DNA of 64,000 nucleotides from the human T2T-CHM13v2.0 reference genome, Homo sapiens. The stretch lies in the NCBI RefSeq assembly GCF_009914755.1, contig NC_060947.1. The stretch is one strand, 5' to 3'. The notes below the pieces were generated by a model. That model was not told the origin of the DNA. It saw nothing but the letters and a program-made list of their open reading frames with translations, and did no database searches. Of this stretch, positions 53,634-64,000 are shown one piece after another; the first letter of the stretch is position 1; each line of letters opens with the position of its first letter. The position numbers and the translations under genes were made by a program.

Positions 53634-54334
53634 AAGAAACCTTAGTGATCATCTGGTCCACGAATTGAAAACCATCCTTTTACATATAGGGTAAATTATC
53701 CCAAAGAAGGGAAGTGAACAGACCTATTTCAATCATTTAGTAGTGACAAAGCTGAGTGTGAAATCTAGGTTTCTTGTCCCACAGTCAGTACTATTACCAG
53801 CCTATTGGAGATAATTGTAGAAATGTAGCGCCAGAAAGATTTTCCAAGCAGCTTTTGTGGGTTGCCATGGGTTCAGTCTCTAAACCACCTCTTGGGAATT
53901 CTTCAAATGTTATATCATCTTTTGATTTTCTCATCCTCTTTTGTTCTTTCATTAAGGATCCAATTATACCATATTCTTCTTTGCCCTAAGTAGGAGCTAA
54001 ATGCTCCTGTTTTTCCGATAGATAATCTAATCAGAGGGCGTTCCTAAAGTTTTCAGTCTCACTACTGTGGTTGTTGGTTTAATCCTCTTCACTACCCCAC
54101 TTCTGCCCCTAACAACTTACAACAAACACAACCTTAACTTTTATATGCATGTATTATCAATTCCTTTTGGTTTCTCTCTCCTATAAATTTTTTTTTTTTT
54201 GTTTCCCTACTCCTCTTTTTTCTAAATAGCTCCTTTGAAGTTTTTAGTAGTTCAAACTAAAAATGTGTGGCTCTAAAACTCATCTTTGTTTGTTCTTTGA
54301 AGAACATGGTTTCAGAAATGGTTTGGCTAATTTT

Positions 54335-54455
54335 GCTGTCTCTGTGATTTGTTGAATTTTTGTAGTGAAATGCTTTGATTCCTTTCTCTTTATCTTTAGT
54401 GTATCTACTAGAGGCTTTTTCTTTGTGGTTACTGTGAGGCTTATATAAAACACCC
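54335..54455 (-). mobile_element. Old L1 internal fragment
   Basis: gtatctactagaggctttttctttgtggttactgtgaggcttatataaaaca, also similar to 17826-17870. Confidence 0.6.
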
Positions 54456-55122
54456 AGATTCCCCAAATTGCAATATGGAATTATTTATTTTAAATTTGTG
54501 GTTAGTAGAAAAGTTGGAGTCAATGGACACATGGGTACCAAAAAAGAACCAAAATGATGGGAAAACCTAAAAATCCCTCTTAGAATCCTAGAGTTGGAAA
54601 ACCTTTCCGACACTGTTAGTTCAGCTTCTCAGAAAAGAATCCTTGTTAACCCTGCCTATAAAACAGTCAGTGAATTTCAGGTTAAAAATCACAGCAGCAA
54701 GGATGCCTAGAGGTTATTTAATTTGACATAAGCATTTGCTAGATAAGAAGACAGAGGGAAAGAAGAAAAAAATCCACCCTCCAGGCTTCCAGCTCATTTC
54801 TCTAGACTGAAACAAAATAGGCAAAACAGTGGTTTTCTTCCTATTGAGTTTTTCTTTGGGGATTAAAGCATAATCAATGATTTATGTTTCCTTCGTTTTC
54901 ACCAATACAGATTGATTGTTTCTGTAACATTTATCTAAGGTCTAAGCCAAGATGTTAACAGAGTAAGGGTGGGAGGCGATGTTAGATGAGATAGGAATAA
55001 GACGAAAAGGGAAATGTTTAAAGAAAGAAACTCTGAGAGTTTATATTGCCCAAAAAGCAACAATAATTATTAGGGTAACTTTTTTTTCCAATTGCTTTTC
55101 TTGGTTAGCTATTACTACAGAG

Positions 55123-55312
55123 CAGTGCGGTCTAATAGAACTTTCTGTGATTATAGAAATGTTTTATGTCTGTGTTGTCCAAAATAGGACAACAGTGGCT
55201 ATTGAACACTTAAAATATGGATACTATGAGAGATTTAATTTTTATTTTATTTTAATTAATTTAAATTTAAATATCCATATGTGGCTAGTGGCTACCATAT
55301 AGGACAGAGTAG
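55123..55312. mobile_element. MER3 hAT-Charlie non-autonomous DNA transposon
   Basis: cagtgcggtctaatagaactttctgtgattatagaaatg...atgtggctagtggctaccatataggacag. Confidence 0.8.
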
Positions 55313-55699
55313 TTCTAGAAGTTAATAGCAACAGCTTTTTCATTCATGCCAGATAGTTTTCCCTGTTTTATGTCAAGAAATTGCTCCTAAAGAAAAAACA
55401 TATCTTTTCCTGACACATTTTATTATGACAAAAATTCGAAATGCTACCTCTCAGTTACCACAATATCTTAAACAGGATGTTTTTCTCTCTCAGAATACCT
55501 CACCTATCCCTATGCCAATGATCTGAATTGTAGTTTAAGTTGCATGGTAAGTATAATCTTAATTCATGTCTGATAGCAAGGCTTAGTTAAGCCCAGACTG
55601 CCTTTCCTTGCAGTAACTCTTTTCTATGGTATAGACTCTATCTGACCTATCTCTCAGAACCAGTATGAGCATCTACAGAAATATTTAGTTCAGAACAAT

Positions 55700-55850
55700 T
55701 TTAAATAAAGTGTTATAAAAATGATAAAGCAGGAATTATCCACATTTGACATATGAGGAAACTGAAGCCTAGAAAATGAAGTGACAAATTACGCTGATCT
55801 ATTAGTGGTAGAGTCTGGATGAGAACACAGGCCTTTTGAATTCTTTCCCA
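55700..55850 (-). mobile_element. MIR SINE
   Basis: attatccacatttgacatatgaggaaactgaagcctagaaaatgaagtgac. Confidence 0.7.
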
Positions 55851-56881
55851 GGGAATTTATAACTAGTGATTTCACATATTGCAATAGAGTGACCTTGTAC
55901 ATCCCACACATTTTTTCCCCTAGGGCCAGGGAAGGGGAAGGGGGACAATGCTACAAGTAACCACAGTAGCGGAGTTCAAATGGATATTATCATTTTCAAT
56001 TGCTGATGTGGGCACTACAGAATCACAGTACAATTATAAAATTTCCTTGCCTACTAACACAAGTTATTCTAATATCACTTTGATATGGTTTCTATAAACA
56101 AATCTTCAATGTTATTTTATGCCATTGGGTAAATAATTGTGTTGCCCCATCATTTTTTATTTTCTAAAATGTGCACAAAAAGGTTACCCAACATATTTAA
56201 AATCCTATATTCCATTACTAAAATGGTTGAAAAAGTTTTTAAACAGATGCTTTTTTCAAGATTGTTTCTTTCCTGCTCAGATATAATTCAAGACAAATTA
56301 ATGCATATTTTATGGCTAATCAGTACAGAAGTACATCTTAGAATTAACACATTATGCACATATTGCATAATTGGTGTTAGCTAGATTCTCCCTGCCCCAG
56401 TACTGTTTAAAAATATAGTTGAAACTTTGCAAAGCTCCCAGATGCGCCTCTCAGGCACCTCCCTTAGTTCATAAATTTAGTTAAGTGGTCTGTAACAAAC
56501 AAACAAATTAAGCCCATATAAAATTTTTAGGAAAACAGACCAGTAGGTCTTAATCTATCTCATAGTACTCTGCTCTTCCATGAAACAAGGACTACTGAAT
56601 GTTTTACATGATTTTTTTGCCTCTCTTTTTACGTATCACCATTGTTGAAGCATCAGTACCAGATAATTGTGTTCTCTTATTGGAGAAAATGTGTTGACAG
56701 CAGAGTAAGTCCTCAAACATCCTCTGCCGTATCTGGTTCAACTTGTCTTCACTACAGTGAATTTGCATTGTTTTTAACAGAGCTTAAATTTTTACTTATC
56801 AAAATCCTAAACTTTTTAGGTTTTGCCAAGCTGTTGTCAAATTGTCTTCCTCTTTCATCAGCCAGGTATCAAATATTATTG

Positions 56882-57007
56882 CAATATTTCTTAAAAGGGG
56901 GCCCATGGGACATCTACATAAGAATCACCTGAGAGAAGAAATTCATAAAATGCAGATTCTTGACCCACACTTTAGGTGAAAACCACAGTGATGTTTGGGA
57001 ACCACTG
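56882..57007. mobile_element. MER5-type hAT-Charlie MITE fragment
   Basis: agaatcacctgagag...aaaatgcagattcttgacccacac...tttgggaaccactg. Confidence 0.7.
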
Positions 57008-57573
57008 CTGTAGGGAGAGCCTACTCTTTGCAGAGCAATCTTCTAAGTCTGGAGAAGAAGAAAATGACAATAGATAAGTATAATTCCTTAGATATGTAAG
57101 AAGTTATAATCCTCTGGCCATGACTCAAAAACCGTATGTTACCTTCAGATTTAAATTAATTTACAGCAATAAGCAAATAAACAGAAGATATTGGGAAAAA
57201 TTGTGGCAGAACCAAAACAATATTTTTAGCTAAAACAAGCATGTAACAGCTCTATATAGTTCATCTGATTTATTGCTACACAATGGCCATTAAAATTTCC
57301 GATCCAGGATACTATGCTTCAATAGTTTATATTTTTTTCATGGCCATCACAGCATTATTAACTTCATAAATTAAACAAAACATTACCACATACCAACTAT
57401 ATTAAAAGTACAAAATCTGGCACCGTAAGTCTAGGCTGAATATTAGTTCCTATGGAGGTGTCGGTGAGAAAGGGCTTGTGTCTTCACTTAAGATTTACCT
57501 GGAAATAGAGTATAATCAACCTACACATTTAACTACTACTAACTCTGTAATCTCCTTGTTTTTTCAGGAACTA

Positions 57574-57653
57574 CTAGGTTGGTGCAAAAATTATTGTGGT
57601 TTTTGCCATTACTTTAAATGGCAAAAACCGCAATTACTTTTGTGCCAACCTAA
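57574..57653. mobile_element. MADE1 (Hsmar1-derived 80-bp MITE)
   Basis: taggttggtgcaaaaattattgtggtttttgccatt-acttta-aatggcaaaaaccgcaattacttttgtgccaacctaa with TA TSDs. Confidence 0.93.
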
Positions 57654-57695
57654 TATTAGGGCAACAGGGCCAGAGAATAGAGCATGCAAGTTGAA

Positions 57696-57724
57696 TCTCT
57701 CTCTCTCTCTCTCTCTCTCTCTTC

Positions 57725-57764
<40 letters not shown>
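57696..57764. repeat. Compound (TC)n/(GT)n microsatellite
   Basis: Read directly. Confidence 0.95.
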
Positions 57765-57766
<2 letters not shown>

Positions 57767-58479
57767 CAAAGTAAAGTAACATATGCCTGAATCTTAATAA
57801 GAAACAAAATGAATTTTTAAATATTCTCCTATGGGATTTGCTTAAGTCTGAATTCTCATCCTTCGGTAGCAAATAAATCCAATGATTACAATATTCTGTA
57901 CGCTTGTGAAGCAACAAATGTGAAACCAATTTACCTCTCATCATTTTAAACGTTTTTGAGCAGGAATAATTTTGAAAGAAGTTAACTTACGCCTACATAT
58001 ATACGTTATAAATGAAATTGTAGTTAGTTTCTTGAAATTAAACATATTTATTCTGCCTCCTAATTCAAATGTTTGATGTACACTAGTGCAGGAAAAGTAA
58101 TCATTCCAATTTCAGTCCAGAATAGGACTCAACACAACTTGGACAAGAAAACAAGACTATCTCTATATTTAGAGGTATTCCTGTTTCTGCGTATCTTCAT
58201 ACAACAGCACTTACTTTCAACTAAGTCAGAGCATGATGATTGCCAAGACAGGTAATATCAAAGAATTAGACTTTATTCTATCCATCAGTGGGCTCTAGTC
58301 TAGTTTGGGAAGATAAAACCATTTCTATGGCAAAAATTTGATGTCTACAGGGCCAATGACAAGCAAATGGAAACTTATATAATCCGTACCATACATAACA
58401 CCTAAAGAAACCATTGCTACAACTGCTAAGTGTCTGAAGAGATTAACCTGGAAGGGCTTCCTGGAAAGGTTTCCAGAAA

Positions 58480-58780
58480 CTCATTAACTATATGCTAAGC
58501 ACTGAGGATACTGAGACTATAGTAGTGAACAAATTAAATATGAGTTCTGACTTCACAAACCTTAGGCTGTGGAGAAGACTGACACTGAATAAGTAAAATA
58601 GATGTGAGGAATATTAAAAATTGTAAATACTGGTGCTATCGTGGCTCTAAACCAGTTTTGAGGCTACAAAAGGCCTCTCTGAGGAACTGAAGGCCTTGAC
58701 ACACAAATGAGCATCATGTGTCCCAGGAACTGACAGGAAACCAGCCAGACTGGAGCATAGAGCTTAAAGTAGAAACAGCA
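58480..58780 (-). mobile_element. L2 fragment
   Basis: tatgctaagcactgaggatac...gtagtgaacaaattaaatatgagttctgacttcac; aggcctctctgagga; gactggagcatag. Confidence 0.55.
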
Positions 58781-59094
58781 AAGAAAAAAATTAAATAGAA
58801 TAAAAGAGAGAGAAACTATCAATTCACATGAATTGCAGTGAAAATAGGAGGTAAAACTGAAAATTGTGTCTTAAAGTAAAAATTAAATATGCAAAATGGA
58901 ATCAAATGGCACTTTTCATATTAAGTGACCTAGAATTAAATGAAGATAACAATGTTTTTTCCTTTGTCCTGCTTTATTCTATTATGTAACTTGTGCAAGA
59001 GAAACTGGGTCCTATGGATATGCATCCAAGGGATATATATGAAAGAACCACCGACATTTACTGATCTCTGGATTTTTCCTTAAAAATTATGGTT

Positions 59095-59220
59095 AATATT
59101 ATTTTTGATTGACAAATCATAATAGTATACATCTATGGGATACAATGTGATGTTTTAGTATATGTATACAATGTGGCATGATTAAATCAAGCTAATTAAC
59201 ATATCTATCGCCTCACTTAG
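59095..59220 (-). mobile_element. Short L1MA 3' tip
   Basis: gattgacaaatcataatagtatacatctatgggatacaatgtgatg...aatcaagctaattaacatatc. Confidence 0.75.
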
Positions 59221-60542
59221 CTTTTTTTTTTTATGGATTTAAACATGATTTCCATCTGTCCTGAAGGTTAAGTTGTTCCAGCATCTGCCAGATTATTTAG
59301 TCAATACATTGTAACTTATTTAAGATAATATTTCCAAATTTTTAAATCCAGAGTGTAAACACAGTCATTTAAAACTATTTAAATGTTTAATAAATAAAAT
59401 ATCAATGTTTTAAGATACATAATGCAATATATTCCATCAGTGATGTTTGGAGATCATTTAGTAAAGGCATGAAAGCTAAACTGTAAAGACTCACAAATGT
59501 TGATCTCATCACTTACATCTGACAAAAGACATTTCAGCAAAAGCACATTTGTATTTGAACATTTTCAATGACTTAAAGGAGACATAGCTAAGTTCTACAG
59601 ACATTACCATGTGCCAAAATGTTGGGGAGGCAGGATATTTTTAGCAGATGATTTATAGATTGATTTCCTTCCAAGACAGATAAACAAGAGTACTGGGGCC
59701 TGAGTTGTTTTTCACAGAATATATGGTGGTTAGGTCACCAATGGGCCAAATTTGGAAAATAATACACTTTGAATCTGCAAGCTGCTATATAGGCACCCAA
59801 AACTAAAATTTTCAAAACCAGTTGGGTTATTAGGAATAAGTATTAGAATTCAAGCATATGATCCTTGGATAACTGTATACTATATTTTAGCCTACATCTT
59901 TGGCATATATCATATTAAAAGATACTGTAGAGCAAAACACTGAAAATCTGCTGGAATTTGCTAGATACAAGTCCAAATATTATTTCCGTTTACCTCTTTC
60001 TAATGATGATTAGTCTATACAATCCCTTTTAATATGACTCATATTCATTTCTTTCACATTTCATAGCAAAAATATCTACCTTTAGTTCTTCTATGATCAT
60101 TATTCAAATGGCATAAGCCACATAGCCAGTCGGAACTTCAGCACCTTGTCATCAGAGAAGGTGGGGACATCTGCAACTTTATGAGATAGGGATTATGGGA
60201 AAGATACTTGGTTCATATAAATGCATATAAAGCATAGAAGTATGGGAGATCTGCCTGTGGTTTGGTCAAGCTTTTGTATCAGGGGAGGTCTGATATAAAT
60301 GGTAAGTCACAGTAGCTTGATAGCAAATATGAAAAAGATAATGGACAACAGTGCCGTGACTCCCATGTATTGTCTCATCCTCAGTAAATGTGAGTTGGTT
60401 ACTATAGGTCATGGAGTAAAAGAGTAAATATGGCTCCCTTAGGGGAATTGTGCTGCTAAACAAGGAAAGTAAGGCATATGGATGACGTTTAATTCCTGGC
60501 CCCCATCAGCTTGTGGATTGAGACTATTAAAATCAAGTTGTA

Positions 60543-61002
60543 AAAACATGAATGAACCTGGAGGACATTATGGTAAGTGAAATGATCTAGACACAGAAAG
60601 AGAAATACTACATGATCTCATACTTGGAATCTAAAGAAGTGGAACTCATAGAAGCCAACAGTAGAAGGTGGTTACCAGGAGTCACAGGGTGGAGGAAACA
60701 GAAAGATGGTCAAAGGGTACAATTGTGCAGTGATAAAATGAGTAAGTTCTGAAAACCGAATGCACAGCCTGGTGACTATAGTTAATAATAATATGTTGTA
60801 TACTCGATATTTGCTGAGAGAAGAGATCTTAAGTATTCTCACCACAAATTAAGATAATTATATGAGGTGATAGATATGTTAATTAACTTGACTGTGATAA
60901 TCATTACACAATGTATATGTATAGCAAAACATCACATCATACACATTAAATATATACAATTTTTATTTTTCAATTATACCTCAGTAAAGCTGAAAAGAAA
61001 AA
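60543..61002 (+). mobile_element. L1MA8/9-type 3' end
   Basis: atgaacctggaggacattatggtaagtgaaat...caattatacctcagtaaagctgaaaa. Confidence 0.85.
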
Positions 61003-61379
61003 GATCAAGGGACTTTTTCGCTAGTCAGAGCTGACTTGGTTGGACTAAACAAGATACCAGGTGTGGTGGAAGGCATTGTGTATAATGGGTAGGCCATGAC
61101 ACTGTAAATGCTTATCATGCCCAAAGGGGCATAGTATAGAAAGTGTCACTTTATGTAAAGGCTTTCTGTCTGCTGACCTTAACCACACTTAACCAACTGT
61201 TTAGAACACACTAGAAATCAACTTATTCCTAGACAAACCAGAGAGTTATAAGACTTTGCTGGGTACAAGAATTGTTCAGTTGAGGTATTCAACATTGGAC
61301 AGTGACTAATGAATCAGTCAAATACTCAAATACTTTGTTTTGTGTAGCTTGCATATGAGTCATATACCTTAGAACTTCC

Positions 61380-61905
61380 TACCATTCACTGGCATGTCTG
61401 TGTGCCTCTTCTCATCATCCCCTTAACTTGGAATACCTTTTAATCTTCCTCCCCATTGGTAAATTTTTAAACCTTTAAGGCTTATTTCAAAATGTTATCT
61501 CCTCTGTGAAGGCTTTCCTGAACTTTCAGGTAGATTTGGTCCCATCAGTCTTTGTTTACCTTTCTGAGTTGCTCCCACAGACTGCACATTCCTTGAAGAC
61601 ACAATTAATCTCTTAACTATTCTTATTCCCCAACACTTAACACAGCATTTGATATATTAATAACTAAACTTTAGTAAAGCATACTGTATGCCAGAAACTT
61701 TTATAAGCACTTTAAATATATTAACTCATTTCATCTTCAATAACAACTCTATCATATAGTTATTGGAATTATATAATAGATCAAGGAACCAAAGCACAGA
61801 TAAGTTAAACTTGATTCGAGGTCACACAACTTACAAGTTGCAAGCAAGATTTGAATTCAAGCAATCTGGCTCCAGGATTAGCAGGTATTCAGTAAATATT
61901 TGTGG
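61380..61905 (+). mobile_element. L2 3' end interrupted by antisense MIR (about 61655-61878)
   Basis: aaatgttatctcctctgtgaaggctttcctga...cccaacacttaacacag | MIR | caggtattcagtaaatatttgtgga. Confidence 0.6.
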
Positions 61906-64000
61906 AGGGCAATAAAATGTAATAATAGAAAGGGAATTTAGAAATCGCCTTAGAAATTCTCTTTTCATAAATGGAGAAATTGAGGCCTGAAAAGTTGGCA
62001 AAGATAGTGTTAGCTAATTAGTGGCAAAAGAGAAATTAGAATTTGGAGTGTTTAATTTTTCTCTGCTCAATGTTGCTCTCCTCAAAGGTTATTTCTAAGA
62101 AAGTTTAAAAATAATTTCCAAGAATTCATCAAAATTATCTCTCATTATCTGACTGAATTCAGTTCTCTTTACCTAAATTAAATTTGGCAAAAAAGGACGG
62201 GGAAAGAGATTACCTCTATTCATAGAAGCCAGGTCCTTCTGTCCTTGTTCTATCACTTATTGTGCATGTTTTTATTCAAATGCAAGTTAATGCCACTTTC
62301 TAAATCACAAATCCATTTAAATGGATCATTAAACCAATTCCTATGTTTCCACAGTGATGGATGATGCCCCTCTCTCTAACTTGCCCCCATAATGACCAAC
62401 CTATATTGTGCACCTATTTTTAGTAGGCTCTTCTACATGACCTTTCATGCATATCCTCCAATTGTTTCTCTTATTTTTTTTTTTGTCCACTTCTCTGTAT
62501 GCCTAGACCTGTGCATTCCCCTGAAATGCCAATCTCAGGGACCTTAGTGTTCTATTCAATTTATTCTAAATTTGACATTTGTTATCTATGTATAACAAGA
62601 GTCATTTCTCATGCTCAAGTGACGGGGTTGGCAGAAAGTTTTCTCCTTTGTGTGCAAAACTGACCGAGTGAATTATTTTCTTTTCCCCCTTCAAAAGAGG
62701 TTGAGAATGAGTGCATCTCTTAAAAAAAAAAAAAAAGTAAAATCTAATGGGTTGCCCTGATGGGCATATATTTCTTGTTAAGGTCTGGCTGACTCTCAGA
62801 GACTGTGTATGTGTAGTAATTTTTTTTCCTTTTATTTTGCAGGTAGAAGTATGATAGTTGAACTTTATTGTGCTCTAGAAAAAGCAATAAACCCTTCTGC
62901 AAACTTCATAAGATAGCACAGTAAAAGGAACTCTACACCAAGAGGACATTTTCCCTTCAAAATAACAAAGCAGAACACAAAGTAAATCAAAGCATATAAA
63001 CGGAGAAAGGAATTCCGTTGCCTTTGAAATTGAACTCCAGAAATAATTTACTTAAAAAGAGTTCCTCAGATATAGCTTGAAGTCTAAAGACAATCATTGA
63101 TCATCAACTGGTATTCTCTTACTCCATCAGCACTCCAGATACAAAGCAAGAGAAAACCCAGAGTAAAAAATTTAAATGGACAATATTTCATCTGCAACCT
63201 GGAAAGTCTTCTATGCTTGCTGTTGTATTGACTTTCCTACTTATCTCAGAAAATTGTGCATTTAATCATCTCTCTCTATTTTCTTTGACTCTTTTCCAGT
63301 GAGAGAGTATAAGATTGTTTACCTAAAGACCTCGAAGTCTAGCAAGATAGGAAGCAAGTTGTTACTTAAGCAGGTTGGGGGGGCATTATGGGCACAATGA
63401 AAATTAATCATTGGTTCTCTTTGCCTATCAAAATACATCGTTCACATAGGACCCCTTTCCCCAATAAATTTAGATCATGCCTACTCTAGAAAAGGAATCA
63501 CAGCATTGTCACTTCTTGATGTTGTGAAGTAATTTGTAATGCGCAGAAATGATTTGAATACATGTCCCAACAGAGCTTTGTGAAGGAAACTCAAAGCTAT
63601 TCTGACATAATAGCAAATGATAGCAGAGAAGGGACTGAAGCACTGCAGCAAACCCAAAATTGTTCCAATATTCAGCTGCTAGAACAAAAAAGAAAAGCCT
63701 CACTACTGAACCTTTTTCATTTCGTATAGCTGCTCAAAATTTAGAAAACTCATAGACCATAATCCATTAAAACAGCATCTATTACATCAAGTTCTAATTG
63801 CTAAACTTGCTGGTAAATCCTTGGGGTAAAGAGATTGGAACTCTTCCATTTTCAATAAAGATTATTTGTAAAACTAAAAAAAAATCCATGAGACAATCTG
63901 ATAGATGTCTCATTATTCCTGATCTGTGTTCTTTTTTATTTCTTAGCCCTACCTCTACAACCGATTAAAATGCTTAGCCTAAATACTTTCACCATTTCAA

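Overview
AT-rich primate genomic DNA (an AluY with an intact target-site duplication points to a catarrhine, probably human or ape) made mostly of transposable-element relics. I find no credible protein-coding gene, RNA gene or CRISPR array: the longer ORFs in the track are decayed L1 ORF1/ORF2, HERV-L gag/pro/pol/dUTPase or Alu read-through. About 4.9-28.3 kb is one ancient L1ME-like element split by deeply nested insertions. 31.5-34.9 kb is an internally deleted L1PB. 35-44.7 kb is L1MC > L1MC/MD > a 3'-truncated HERV-L provirus with one MLT2A-type LTR. 45-64 kb is mostly unique sequence with MIR, L2, MLT1, MER3, MER5, MADE1 and microsatellites. The most notable observations are a candidate L1-mediated transduction or chimera carrying about 1.35 kb of non-L1 DNA (7290-8638), an inversion-deletion inside an L1, a 48-bp fold-back duplication, a perfect 16-bp hairpin and a left-monomer/left-monomer Alu pair. 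Subfamily names come from recalled consensus sequences, not from a RepeatMasker run, and boundaries of old elements are approximate. I see no evidence of a novel multi-gene biological system.
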